From a virus (Duplodnaviria > Caudoviricetes): a stretch of DNA of 64,000 nt. Where the stretch lies: positions 64,001-128,000 of the IMG/VR virus record IMGVR_UViG_3300037067_027602; one strand, 5' to 3'. Shown here piece after piece: positions 1-10,362 of this stretch (positions are counted from its first letter, which is position 1; each line of letters starts with the position of its first letter). The notes beneath the pieces are model-generated. The model did not search any database and was not told the DNA's origin. It saw only the letters and a list, made by a program, of their open reading frames with translations. The position numbers were made by a program, and so were the translations under genes.

Positions 1-3000
1 TGCTGTTCCTGCCCACGAAACAGTTCTGGTTCTGGCAGATTGCGTTCGCCATGTTCCACCGCCCCGCCTTGGCCCGCCAGTCCCTGTGCGAGGTCTGCAC
101 CGGGAACCCGATCAAATCGACCACGAAGCTCTGGTCGACCCCCAGCGCGTTCTGGCACATCCAATACCCGGACGGCTGCGCCGGCTCGGATCCTTGGGGA
201 AGGGGAGATCCGTCGGCGCCGAGGGCCAGCTGCGAGACATGGTATCCATCATATCCCGGATCCCCCTCCTCCAGCAACCCGCTCGGGCCGGCGTCCACGA
301 AAAAATCCGTCACCAGATCCTCGGGGAACCTGCACCCGGACGAGAAGGCGTAGAGGTCTCCCGACACCTTGACGGGCATCTCGCCCCCGTCGAGCAACGG
401 AAAATGCCATGGATCCGACAACCACATCCCGTGGGAATTGAAATATCTGTAGTTGACATATTGCTGGGGGTCGTCCAAACCGTCGGAGAACTCCGTTTTC
501 TCGAATCTGTCCCTCGTCCCGGACGCGAGCGCCTGGAAGGATTTTCCGGTGGACATCTTATATCCCCGGTCGATCCTCTCGTCATACCTGGATTTGAACA
601 GGGAGGATATGTCCATCACCTGCCGGCTCCATCCGGCGCTCAAATTCCCGGCCCCTCCCGAGCTTCCGTCCCCGCCGCCATAGGTGGCGTCCGATCCGTC
701 CTGGATGACGACCTCGCCCCCCTCGGTCCAATCAAGCCCGGACGGGAGGACCATCTTGGGGCCGTCCTTGTGGTACAGCAACTTGTCGTTCATCCCGGAC
801 AGGTCGAAATACCCGGGGATGGGCTGGGTCTCGTTGTTGGCGTGGATGTCCAGGAAAGACCTGGAGAACATCTTGAAATCTTTCTCCGTTCCGTCGACGC
901 CAGGCCTCCCGGCGAACATCCTCCCGTCTATCCTCTCCTTCATCATGTAGGCCGAGAACTCCGCCGAGGTGTACCTTTTCCACATTTCCTGCTCTGTGAC
1001 GATCGAAATTATCCCGCTTCCATAACCACCCCAGGCAAGCACGCTCTGGTCGACGAAATAACCCCTGGCGGTGTCCACGAACTTCGATATGGCGGAGTCC
1101 TCCAGCCCGAAATACGGGTTGTCCATCCCGTGGGACGGGCGGTAGCTGTCAGTCGTCCAGTAGAACGGGTTGTCGGCCTGAGAGCGTCCCTCCGCCCATT
1201 GCTCGTTCGTGCCGTTGAAATATTGCCTGTAGCGCGCCCCCGACCAGACGATGCCGACCGCCGGGGTCGTGGGATGGCAGACCGGCTCGAAGACGGCGAA
1301 GGCCTTGTCGACCTCCTTATCCATTGGCAGCCAGCCCTGCAAGAAATGGAAGCTGTTCGATCTGACATTCCCCGTGTAGTTGAGCCAGTGCCCCCCATCC
1401 GCACCCACGGCGGCGCTGTCCAGCCCCAGCGCGGATCCAAGCCCGTCCCGTTGGATGAAACCGACGTATTTGTGGCGTCTCCACCAGATCGGATCGGTGG
1501 GGAAATAGTAGTAGATCGACCTGCCCGGGAAATTACCGTCCCAGAATTCCACATATTGGCGGCGCCCGGTGCTATTGGCCCCTATGACCTGGGCGGGGAG
1601 CCCTTTCATTTTTTTCTCCCATGACCGGACCGTCTTCGTCCCATATCTGTCTTTATACCCCGGCTGCTTGTCCACGCTGAAATCCACCCCCCCGTCAGAC
1701 CCGCCCAATTGCACGGCGAACACCGGGGATATGTGGTTCCTCAACATCTTCAGGCTGGAGACGGACACCATGTCAAGCCCGGAAGCCCCGGCGTAGGGGG
1801 AGACGAGGTTGTCGGTGTACACCCCGGACGACGGCCGTGAATTATCCAGGCCGGACATCCCGGCCGCCAACATCCCATCCTCGTATCCAGGATCAAGATA
1901 GGCGTGGTCAAGATCCCCCGATCCCCCGGGCGTCCCCTGTATCATATGGGCCCAATAGGGCAAATCCAGCTTGGCGACAGACGCCTCCGTGGTGGCGTTC
2001 GCCGAGGACGACCCCAGCTCATATCCCCCTCCCGTGTTGCCTCCCCCCAATTTCGACAATATCTGCGTGACGAACTGGCGCCCAACCGGGACGGGGTTCC
2101 TCCAATAATATCCGTCCCCGCACACCTCCTGGCCCGGCAGACCCCAGACATTGACCACCCCTTTCGCGTACACCCCGGGGAATGCCGCCCATTTTCCGCC
2201 AGGGGACAAAGCGGTGGAGCATCTCGGGCACGACGTATCCCTGGCATATTCCAGATCGGTTACGACCTGGTCCACCACCGGCTCCCCGAAATAGTTCAGG
2301 GAAGATCCCGAGGCGGCCACCCCGCACGCCGGGCAGATGTAGTAATCCCTCTCGGCCGGGAGCATGTCCCTGCTCATGTCGGGGAGATATATCCGGCTCC
2401 CGAGATCGTTCTCATAAGTCTGCGCGTCCACCGCCGCCAAAGAGGCCTGGGTGTCGGACGAATAGACCGTGATGGCCCCGGCCGTGGATCCGAAACTGTC
2501 GTCGGCGGTGATCACGCTGTTCGTCCTGTAGGCGAAAATCGGGACCGCCCCGCTCGCGTCGACGCCCGTCCCCATCCTCGACCCGTCGGAGGCCGGCCCG
2601 CCCAACCCCCTTCCGTCCACTATGTAGTCGCCAGTCTTGTCCACCCTGTAGCCGATGTAATACGACGACCCCTGCTCCGGCTGCGACTCCGGGTCGTTGT
2701 CTCCCCCCTCCAGGCCGTATATCGACCCTCCCCCGCCAACCTGGCAGAGGACTTCCTCCCCCATCCTGGAATAGTCCTTGTATTCTGGCGCCCTGCCGCC
2801 CATGAACGGCCTCTCGTTGTCGATGTAATTGACAAACCTCGACGGCGAGGCGTAGTCCTCCAATAGCTCGACCAGCCATGGGGCGCCGGACGCCCCGGGG
2901 ACGGATAGCTGGACGCCGTCGGCGTCGCGCTGGTCGATGAACCCGAAAACTCTGGCCGACAAGTTAAACCCCGACGCCGACGGGTCGGAGTCGAAACAGA

Positions 3001-5038
3001 AAAACGAAACCCCGGACGCCGTCGTCATGGCCTCCACGCCATAGACGTCCCCAGGCTGCCCCATGGCATGGTAGACCCCGCTCCCCATCATGGCGACGGA
3101 CAGGGACGGGAACCCGTCCATCCCGAACTGGCGGAACGGCGCCAGAACCGTCCCCAGCAACGTCGAGTACGCCTCGTCATATTCAAGGGCTCTCCGCGGA
3201 ATGGACATCCCGGGGCACCCGCCATTGTAATATTTGCAGTACGGCTCGCCGTCAACCCCCGCAAGAGACCCCGCCGAATATCCGTCGGAATACTGGAACC
3301 CATGGGCTTTGTCGCACACCCCAGGCTTGTAGCAGGGCATGCAGCTCTGGCCGAACCGATGGGCGCTGAGGTTGTTCCTGTCGCCGAAAAAATTCTCGTC
3401 GACGCCACCGTAGCTATATTCTTTTTTGTCGAAGGCGAATTTGCCGGTCCCCCTTTTGTAGGTGTCCGAACCGATGCCCGCCGAAGCCTTAGAGGACAGC
3501 TCCCTCCCCTCCGATTGAACTTTCTTGAACTCGTATGTCACGTTCCATGTGATGTCCGCCTCCGCCAGGTCGGACGGCTCCTCGGTCCTGTCCTGCCCCA
3601 GCTTCCTGAAAACATCGCCGGCCACCGCGAACCCCAGGCTGGTAAGCCCGGTGTCGCTCATCGCCATAGCAGACTTTCCGTCCACGAGGTTAGCCGCCCC
3701 CCCGGCCATGGAATACCCCTCGATCCCTGCGTACGCCGAGGCGAACTCGGAGCTGTTCGTGGCCTCGACGGAGAAATTTCCGACAAGCCTTTGCCCCGTG
3801 TGCTGATATAGCGGGCATAAACCCCCGGCCGCCGAATACTCGGCCTTGACGTCCGTGCCCGGGCCGACGTTGGACGGGTAGAACTGGCATTTGGACGGAT
3901 CCACGACCACTCCGCTTTCCCCGACCTCCTCTTGTATAGAGCACCCCGCCCCCTGCGCCAGCGTCCCTTCCCAGAACTGGCATCCCTTATGGACTAAGTC
4001 CCCCTCGTCGCAGTTGTGCGGGGTTATCGACGCCCCTTTCATCCTCTGCTCCGGGATCGGGACGGGGACACCTCCAGGATCCACGGAATATCTGAACGGG
4101 ATCACGCCGGAGGCGCTGGTCTTCGTGTAGCCGCACGGTTGGATGGTGGGACGCCCGGCGAACGACACCACCCCGTCCGCCCATGCGTACAAAGGGGCCC
4201 CGAACGTGGCCGTGACCTTTGGGACGATGACGTCGGAATACATGTCGTCCGGCTCCAGCCACGCCTTCGGGGCCGACATGGACAGGGAATGGGGCGGGAT
4301 GTTCCCGTGCGCCCCAATCTTCACGCATGTGGCCGGCAAATCCTTTTTGTAGATCCTGACCCCTTTGTTCTCAGACCAATATCCGAGGCCTCCCCGCCGC
4401 CCGTATACCCCCTGGCGTTTGAACGTCCTCTGCTTCCCCTCCGGGGCGGCGGGGTCAGTCCATGGAGTTCCGTGGGTCCCTTTCTCGAGATCCTCCTGCT
4501 TGTAGACTTTCCCCGAGACCCCTTTGAAATTGTAGAGGCTTTCGAAGGAAACCAGCTTCACGCCCCCGACTATGCCGCATCGGAACGTCTCCTCCTTGCC
4601 GCAACCGGACGCCACGGCGGGGGCCGACCCGTAAGGGGCCATGATGTCATAGACCCCGTTGGCGACCGCCAAAGTGAACGGGTTGAACAACGGCGGCTCC
4701 ACCACGACCCCCGATGCGGCCGTCCCCTGGAAAATGTAGTCGGTGAACTTCCATGGGGAATCGACCTCGGGGAACTGCTGGCAGAAGGCGTTCGTGTCGG
4801 AGATCGCCGCGAAACGGACGTCCGGCTCGAACTTGTCCGACCAGTTGCCCCAACGCTGATATCCGGACGCGTTGTTGGCCACGCATGGAGCCCCGTAAAA
4901 GTTCGCCCTCTCCTGGACATGGTCCAGATTGAACAACGCCTCTCCGGGGGAGGTGTCGAAGGAGAAACCGGTTTTATCCGGCCACTTCACATTGACGTCC
5001 ATGATCCCGCTAGGCATTTTTACCAACCCATCCGCCAT
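1..5038 (-). CDS. Giant tail-tip/baseplate-type virion protein (>1679 aa, 3' end outside window)
   Basis: Not in the ORF track because it has no stop in the window. ATG at 5038 (MADGLVKMPSGIMDVNVKWPDK...) overlaps the lysozyme 3' end. My translation stays open to base 1, and the + strand ORFs 86-1624, 1904-2866, 3068-3811 and 4016-5128 are its in-register antisense shadows. Gly/Ser/aromatic-rich with CPAC/CPRC pairs; lies after the TMP and hub genes. Confidence 0.8.
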   Translation of the reverse strand, partial: MADGLVKMPSGIMDVNVKWPDKTGFSFDTSPGEALFNLDHVQERANFYGAPCVANNASGYQRWGNWSDKFEPDVRFAAISDTNAFCQQFPEVDSPWKFTDYIFQGTAASGVVVEPPLFNPFTLAVANGVYDIMAPYGSAPAVASGCGKEETFRCGIVGGVKLVSFESLYNFKGVSGKVYKQEDLEKGTHGTPWTDPAAPEGKQRTFKRQGVYGRRGGLGYWSENKGVRIYKKDLPATCVKIGAHGNIPPHSLSMSAPKAWLEPDDMYSDVIVPKVTATFGAPLYAWADGVVSFAGRPTIQPCGYTKTSASGVIPFRYSVDPGGVPVPIPEQRMKGASITPHNCDEGDLVHKGCQFWEGTLAQGAGCSIQEEVGESGVVVDPSKCQFYPSNVGPGTDVKAEYSAAGGLCPLYQHTGQRLVGNFSVEATNSSEFASAYAGIEGYSMAGGAANLVDGKSAMAMSDTGLTSLGFAVAGDVFRKLGQDRTEEPSDLAEADITWNVTYEFKKVQSEGRELSSKASAGIGSDTYKRGTGKFAFDKKEYSYGGVDENFFGDRNNLSAHRFGQSCMPCYKPGVCDKAHGFQYSDGYSAGSLAGVDGEPYCKYYNGGCPGMSIPRRALEYDEAYSTLLGTVLAPFRQFGMDGFPSLSVAMMGSGVYHAMGQPGDVYGVEAMTTASGVSFFCFDSDPSASGFNLSARVFGFIDQRDADGVQLSVPGASGAPWLVELLEDYASPSRFVNYIDNERPFMGGRAPEYKDYSRMGEEVLCQVGGGGSIYGLEGGDNDPESQPEQGSSYYIGYRVDKTGDYIVDGRGLGGPASDGSRMGTGVDASGAVPIFAYRTNSVITADDSFGSTAGAITVYSSDTQASLAAVDAQTYENDLGSRIYLPDMSRDMLPAERDYYICPACGVAASGSSLNYFGEPVVDQVVTDLEYARDTSCPRCSTALSPGGKWAAFPGVYAKGVVNVWGLPGQEVCGDGYYWRNPVPVGRQFVTQILSKLGGGNTGGGYELGSSSANATTEASVAKLDLPYWAHMIQGTPGGSGDLDHAYLDPGYEDGMLAAGMSGLDNSRPSSGVYTDNLVSPYAGASGLDMVSVSSLKMLRNHISPVFAVQLGGSDGGVDFSVDKQPGYKDRYGTKTVRSWEKKMKGLPAQVIGANSTGRRQYVEFWDGNFPGRSIYYYFPTDPIWWRRHKYVGFIQRDGLGSALGLDSAAVGADGGHWLNYTGNVRSNSFHFLQGWLPMDKEVDKAFAVFEPVCHPTTPAVGIVWSGARYRQYFNGTNEQWAEGRSQADNPFYWTTDSYRPSHGMDNPYFGLEDSAISKFVDTARGYFVDQSVLAWGGYGSGIISIVTEQEMWKRYTSAEFSAYMMKERIDGRMFAGRPGVDGTEKDFKMFSRSFLDIHANNETQPIPGYFDLSGMNDKLLYHKDGPKMVLPSGLDWTEGGEVVIQDGSDATYGGGDGSSGGAGNLSAGWSRQVMDISSLFKSRYDERIDRGYKMSTGKSFQALASGTRDRFEKTEFSDGLDDPQQYVNYRYFNSHGMWLSDPWHFPLLDGGEMPVKVSGDLYAFSSGCRFPEDLVTDFFVDAGPSGLLEEGDPGYDGYHVSQLALGADGSPLPQGSEPAQPSGYWMCQNALGVDQSFVVDLIGFPVQTSHRDWRAKAGRWNMANAICQNQNCFVGRNS

Positions 5039-5478
5039 GTCTCGTCGCCGAGGAACATTTTTATCTCGTGTTCCCTGCGCCGGACTATTCCTGGTTCCAC
5101 CACGGCAACGTCGTTTTTATGGACGTAGACCCATCTCCTCAATTCCCTGATGGCGTACGCCAGCCGCCCTAGATTGATCTCTTTCAGCAAGGTCGAATCA
5201 GAGAATGCCCTCTTTCCTTGCTGATATGAGAAACTCGTCAACGCCGCCTCCTGGCATGGAAGCAATCTCGTCTTGACTTCCTTCCTGACATGCGCCAGAA
5301 AACCGTCCACACGGTATTCCAACAGCTTCGACGCCTCCTCCTTGGTGATGGAATCGCCTCCATAACAAGTTTCGCCGTAGCCTATCGTCCTTTTGCCAGC
5401 GCTGTCAAGATACCACGCCGCGCTGAATTTCTCAATCATCTTGAGAATTTCAATCGCCAGTTTTTTCGCCTCGTCCAT
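5020..5478 (-). CDS. GH24 (T4-like) lysozyme/muramidase
   Basis: E-x8-D-x5-T catalytic motif IEKFSAAWYLDSAGKRTIGYG, followed by ITKEEA..LL, AALTSFSYQQG, STLLK.IN, RWVY and PGIVRRR..E. Start trimmed to MDEAKK. Confidence 0.9.
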   Translation of the reverse strand: MDEAKKLAIEILKMIEKFSAAWYLDSAGKRTIGYGETCYGGDSITKEEASKLLEYRVDGFLAHVRKEVKTRLLPCQEAALTSFSYQQGKRAFSDSTLLKEINLGRLAYAIRELRRWVYVHKNDVAVVEPGIVRRREHEIKMFLGDETWRMGW

Positions 5479-5483
5479 GGCGG

Positions 5484-5873
5484 TCACCACGGCTTCTGGC
5501 GCGGGCCGGTGGGGGCCCAGGTGGCGAAGGCGAAGCCGCCCTCCTCCGGCCGTGTGTGGCAATGCTGGCCGCGGACGCCAGCTATCGCGCCGCCGTCGTA
5601 GTCGGAGGTGTGGTGGTGGAGGTTGTAGCCCTCGGTGGCGGTGGCCGGGACTTCGATCTTCGACCCCCTGGTCATCTTGTTGTAGCCGACGACCGCCTGG
5701 ACGTCGTTCCAGGCGATGGACGGCTGCCGCCCGTCGTGCTGGTGCATCATGGAAAGCAGCATGTGGTAATGCTGGGCGGCCGTCTCGTCGTCGTCGCCGT
5801 TGACGGAGCGGATCAGCTGTGCGATATTCGTCGCCAAGGCCTCTGCGGTCAACCTGACCAGTTTGTCCTCCAT
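5484..5873 (-). CDS. Small tail protein, possible spike tip with HxH metal-binding motifs
   Basis: C-terminal HHHT...GG and HCHT...GG motifs; position between hub-like gene and lysozyme. Confidence 0.45.
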   Translation of the reverse strand: MEDKLVRLTAEALATNIAQLIRSVNGDDDETAAQHYHMLLSMMHQHDGRQPSIAWNDVQAVVGYNKMTRGSKIEVPATATEGYNLHHHTSDYDGGAIAGVRGQHCHTRPEEGGFAFATWAPTGPRQKPW

Positions 5874-5882
5874 CGCAGCCTC

Positions 5883-8819
5883 CTAATATATGGTTCCAGG
5901 GTCGGTGCCGCCAGACCCCTTTGATTTAACCTTGTTTCCTGCCAACGGCACATACCCCCTCCAGGAATCGTACTTGGGGCGGAGTATCTTCATCTCCATG
6001 GTCCGGGAATAATCCTTCTCCGACTCCCTTTTGTCGCCAACCCGGAGCTCCTCCGTGGTCAATTCCAGCGATGTCATGAACCCGTCGGAGAAGCTATGCT
6101 CCACTTTCACCACGCAAGCCTTCCTGCCGTCCGGAAACTCCACGTAGCCCATGCCCTCGTCAAGGCCGTAGACCATGCCCTTCAAAGTGAGGTCGCCGGA
6201 TATCTGGATGTCGTTCCTTCGCTCCAGCTCCCTGGCCGCCTTACACGCCAGTTTATAGCGGTCGTCGCGGTGGATCCACTTGAAAGGTTTGATAAACGTG
6301 TCCGGGCGCATCACGATCTCGCCGGACACCCCGAGGACGTTGGCCTCGGACTGGCGGAGCCCCTCCGACACCGCGATCTCCCCGAAAGGATGTATGTAGC
6401 CAGCCTCCGACCTCAGCTTGTATCCGTCCGCCTCCCATGAGTCGGAGGCCCCGGACGGGGTCGGGATGGCCTTGTAGTCGGCCGGATGCACCTGCCATCG
6501 GTGGTCGTCGATGGTCTCGCCCTTGATCACGGGCCTCCCGACGAACTCGTTCGCCCCGGAGTATATTTTCGACACCTCCACGACGGGACGCCCGGAGTCT
6601 ATCCGGAACGCCGCCCTGTAGGAGCTGAAATCCTGCGTTCCGCTGGGGAAGATGGTGGCGACGCCAGTTTTCAGGGTGTCGTCCCTGTACGCCGGGCGGT
6701 TGAAATAGCAGGTCACCCAAGCCCGGGGAGGCCTCCAAAAACACAGCGTGTCGCCGGAGATCTTGATACCGTCGCCGCTTTTGTCATATACGGTGGAGTC
6801 CCCTTCGGTGCTATTTTGGACCAAGTAGAACTTGCCGCTTCCCGCCGGCTTCTCAACCTCCTTCACGGCCTTGAAGTCTTTGGCGCAAAGAACGCCCATC
6901 CTGTCGGGGAACATGACATTCCCCCTCTTGTGGTCGATGGTGACGCTGCCAGCCTCCGTGATTTGGGTGTGGAATATCTTTCTGACGCTTTTCTCCTCGT
7001 CCGTGGAGAAAATATCTTTTTTCGTGTCCCCGACAAGGGTCCTGACCTCGGCTAGGGAATGGTGCGGCATCGTCCCGCTGGCGGTCCAGGAGGCGGCGGC
7101 GAACTGCGTGGACTGCTCCACGTGGACACGCGGGCCGTAGGAGTAGTTATATTCCTTGGCGAGCTCGTCCCAGGTTTTCGCCACCCCCGACGCCGCCAGT
7201 TTGGCGTCCTTCAATTTCATCCTGTCCAGCGGGACGTCCATCAAGGAGTCGAGTATGTTCGTCACCTTGAAGTTGGGCTCCATCCCCACCCCCCTGCAGG
7301 CGGGGCAGGTGTTCAGCCAGGGGACGGGGTGCGCCTGGGAGCCAGACCCGCTATAGTCGAAGGGCTCCATCGCGTCTTTGGACATACCTCCGCCGGCGTC
7401 CCTGCTCGCCCCGAAAGAGTCAGACCAGTCGCCCACGATGGCTTTCACGGCGCCTTTCCCCTGGCAATATGGGCATGGCCCGGGGTATGGCATCCAGGCC
7501 TCGTAGAGCAACCCGAAAGCGTTGTCCACAGGAGCCTCGCCGACATCCCTAACAAAACTCTCGCTTCCGGGGAAGGCTTGGTCCAGGGCGGAGAACCCCT
7601 GGTTCTCCTCCCAGCTGCCCGACGCCATGACGCCGCTCGCCCCGTAGGTCCCATCCCTCCACTTGACGACCCTCTCGACCTTTTTCTTCGCCGGGCCATA
7701 TCCTTTCGATGGATCCCAGGACGGATAGAGGGGCATCCCGACGACCCCGCAGAAACCCGTGGGCATTATTCCGTTGTCCGTGGGGATGTACTGGTATCCG
7801 TCCCAGTTCAGCGACGGGACGTATCCCTCACCCTCGCCGGACGGGGGGACGTAGGTCTGGATTCCGGACGCCACATGGAAATGGCCGGAGTACCACTCCA
7901 CGGGGGATCCGTAGACACGGTAGACGGTGGCCAGGTCGGAGACCCGGCGTACGGTGTTGTCGGACATGACGTTCACCTCGTCGGCGTAGGCGGACAAGTC
8001 GCCGCCGTTCAGCTGCGCGGGGAACGAGACGTCGACCTTTGGGCCGCACCCGGACGCCCCTATGGAAAGCCTGGTGATCCGTATTTTGTCGCTCTCGTGG
8101 TCGTACACCATCCTGTAGGAGCCGGCGGACGATATCGTCCTATAGACGGCCTCTCCGAGGGAGATGTTGTCGAAGGTGAGGGACTCGGGGATGTACCCGC
8201 TCAACTCCGGCACCTGGGAGAAATCGATGTCGCCGTACTCGAAAAAAGTATATGGTTTGTATTTTAGGTCGAACTCCAGCGCGGTCACCTCCGCCGAATG
8301 GAACAAATCCTCGACGATCTTCATGACATCCCAGAGCTGGCAGTCCAGGGGGGTGGTGAGGACGTTGGCCTCGTCGAAATTGGGGTGCCCGACGATGTCG
8401 TAATGGTGGTTGTAGGACTTCATCACGCAGATGTCGTCCATCCTCCTTTTCATGTCGGCGCAACGCACCGTGTAGAACGACCCGGAGTCCGATGACCTGT
8501 GCGACTGCTCCTCCACGATGCCGTGGAATATCAGCCTCTCCGGGGACAAGGCCTCGTTGTCCTCGCAATTGGACGGCGGATTTATCCAGACGTCGATCTC
8601 CGACCCTATATCAGGGACGAAACAGCCGCTCGGGGAGGAGCCGGACGGGTCGGGAATGAGGAACATGCACTCCCCCGGGCTCGCGTCGCTCGTCCACACC
8701 ACGCTCTTCAGGTCGGCGAAAACCTCGGTGGGGGACTCGCCCCCGTTCCTCTTCTCGACCCTGACGCCGTAGGTCGTGAGGGAAAGATTAACATCCGTTG
8801 AATTTTTAAGACCCATCAA
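5883..8819 (-). CDS. Distal tail/baseplate hub-like protein with CxxCxGxG zinc finger
   Basis: 978-aa ORF after the TMP. Hub-like N-terminus (LIFHGIVEE...YTVRCAD) and C-terminus (VVKVEHSF..GFMTSLEL); contains CPYCQGKG and CPACRGVG. Confidence 0.6.
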   Translation of the reverse strand: MMGLKNSTDVNLSLTTYGVRVEKRNGGESPTEVFADLKSVVWTSDASPGECMFLIPDPSGSSPSGCFVPDIGSEIDVWINPPSNCEDNEALSPERLIFHGIVEEQSHRSSDSGSFYTVRCADMKRRMDDICVMKSYNHHYDIVGHPNFDEANVLTTPLDCQLWDVMKIVEDLFHSAEVTALEFDLKYKPYTFFEYGDIDFSQVPELSGYIPESLTFDNISLGEAVYRTISSAGSYRMVYDHESDKIRITRLSIGASGCGPKVDVSFPAQLNGGDLSAYADEVNVMSDNTVRRVSDLATVYRVYGSPVEWYSGHFHVASGIQTYVPPSGEGEGYVPSLNWDGYQYIPTDNGIMPTGFCGVVGMPLYPSWDPSKGYGPAKKKVERVVKWRDGTYGASGVMASGSWEENQGFSALDQAFPGSESFVRDVGEAPVDNAFGLLYEAWMPYPGPCPYCQGKGAVKAIVGDWSDSFGASRDAGGGMSKDAMEPFDYSGSGSQAHPVPWLNTCPACRGVGMEPNFKVTNILDSLMDVPLDRMKLKDAKLAASGVAKTWDELAKEYNYSYGPRVHVEQSTQFAAASWTASGTMPHHSLAEVRTLVGDTKKDIFSTDEEKSVRKIFHTQITEAGSVTIDHKRGNVMFPDRMGVLCAKDFKAVKEVEKPAGSGKFYLVQNSTEGDSTVYDKSGDGIKISGDTLCFWRPPRAWVTCYFNRPAYRDDTLKTGVATIFPSGTQDFSSYRAAFRIDSGRPVVEVSKIYSGANEFVGRPVIKGETIDDHRWQVHPADYKAIPTPSGASDSWEADGYKLRSEAGYIHPFGEIAVSEGLRQSEANVLGVSGEIVMRPDTFIKPFKWIHRDDRYKLACKAARELERRNDIQISGDLTLKGMVYGLDEGMGYVEFPDGRKACVVKVEHSFSDGFMTSLELTTEELRVGDKRESEKDYSRTMEMKILRPKYDSWRGYVPLAGNKVKSKGSGGTDPGTIY

Positions 8820-9628
8820 AGCTGCCTCAACTCAAATTTTGCGGTTATCACCCCGGCCGACCTGGACTGCCCGGAGATGTCGGCGTTCTCCACGAGGTAT
8901 CCGGACAGCGGAGTTGCCCCTCCGACGCTAAGGCTGTCCAAGCCGTCGATTCCCAAGCCATAGTAATCCGAGACCCCGCTCGGGAGTATTTCCCCTGACG
9001 CCCCCGGGAACGACGCTTTGAACGACAGAGAGGCTTTCCTCTTCGACCATCCAAGGAACATGTAATGCTCGCCATGCGACGCCGCCATCTTCGAGGTCGA
9101 CAGCACCGGGGCTCTCGCCACTATGGACAGCGTCGGGGAGTCGAGGGACTCCCCGTCCCTGTCGAAAGCCGCCGGCCTGGCCTGGACCGACTCCAGCGTG
9201 GCGGAATACGAGAGATATGACGCCCAGGAGGATTGCCTCGCCTCCAGGCCCAGCGGTTTGGCGTAGCCTTCGGCGCATATCCCGGACGGAAGCCGGACGC
9301 AGGTGGGGTCTGCCGCGGTCCCCCAATTGTCCGGGTCGGCCGGACGTTTCGAGGATGCGGACGCCGAGAACGAATCCTCCAGGGCTTTGAGCTTTGCGTA
9401 CAACGCCTCCATCGCCGCGATGTCCGTCCCGAGCCCGGGGGCCGCCTTGTTACGGGTGAACACCCCGTTCACCGTGATTTCCGTGGCGGACAAATATTCC
9501 GACGCCCCGTCGTAGTCCATGGCCACCGATTGATGGGCGGTGTAATACCCCCATGTCTGGTCATAGGAGGCGTCGTCGGGTATGTCGCCCGGCCTTGCGT
9601 CGGGGATGTTGGCGTAGTCTATTCCCAT
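8816..9628 (-). CDS. Distal tail virion protein
   Basis: 270-aa ORF overlapping the next gene by 4 nt; assigned from synteny only. Confidence 0.5.
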   Translation of the reverse strand: MGIDYANIPDARPGDIPDDASYDQTWGYYTAHQSVAMDYDGASEYLSATEITVNGVFTRNKAAPGLGTDIAAMEALYAKLKALEDSFSASASSKRPADPDNWGTAADPTCVRLPSGICAEGYAKPLGLEARQSSWASYLSYSATLESVQARPAAFDRDGESLDSPTLSIVARAPVLSTSKMAASHGEHYMFLGWSKRKASLSFKASFPGASGEILPSGVSDYYGLGIDGLDSLSVGGATPLSGYLVENADISGQSRSAGVITAKFELRQL

Positions 9629-9644
9629 GTCCTGTTTCCCTTTT

Positions 9645-10361
9645 TCAGATTTTCTGCGGCGGGGCCAGGAACGACACCCTGACGTCGGCGCAAAGGTCCT
9701 CCACCCTCCAGTCCACGGAGCCGTCGGTGATGACCACCTTCTTCAAGGGCAGCGCCGTGGCCGCCTCCGGGACGAAATCTCCCAAATCCTTGACGTGGGG
9801 GGCGTAAATCCCGTCGCGCTGCTCCAACACGTCAAGAATATTTACAACGTCCGGCCATGTTTTCGCCACCGCGACCCCGGTCAGCATGATCCTCGACGAC
9901 GCCACCCCGCCCAACTGGAAATATCCCATGTTGTGAAGCAGCTTGTAGGAGGTGGCCGTGCGCCCCCCGAACGACAGCGACAGCTGGGAGGAGTAGAGCG
10001 TGATCTCCCCGGAGCCGCCGGCGTCCTTCAAAGTGGCGATCCCGAAGCCCATCTCAGCGTCCACCAGGAACGACACGGTGGCCTTCCCGAAAGGCCTCCA
10101 TATGCCGTCCTCGGTGGACACCCCGGTGACGGCGGCCCCCTCGTAGACCCTGTGCGGGAGCTCCAGCGTCCCCAGCCCCCCGTCCCTCTGGGCGGAGCTC
10201 AGGACGTCGAACTCGTACTGGGATCCGGAGATCACCATGGAAACGGTTATCTCCAAGGACGATTTCTTCCCCTCGGGACCGTTCTTGTAGACGTGCTTCA
10301 GGCTATATAGCCCGTTCGGCCAGTTGGCTGATCCCTTGTTGTTGGTGAATTTGAACGCCAT
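9645..10361 (-). CDS. Distal tail virion protein (Dit position)
   Basis: 238-aa ORF starting 1 nt after the TMP stop; assigned from synteny only. Confidence 0.5.
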   Translation of the reverse strand: MAFKFTNNKGSANWPNGLYSLKHVYKNGPEGKKSSLEITVSMVISGSQYEFDVLSSAQRDGGLGTLELPHRVYEGAAVTGVSTEDGIWRPFGKATVSFLVDAEMGFGIATLKDAGGSGEITLYSSQLSLSFGGRTATSYKLLHNMGYFQLGGVASSRIMLTGVAVAKTWPDVVNILDVLEQRDGIYAPHVKDLGDFVPEAATALPLKKVVITDGSVDWRVEDLCADVRVSFLAPPQKI

Positions 10362-10362
10362 G

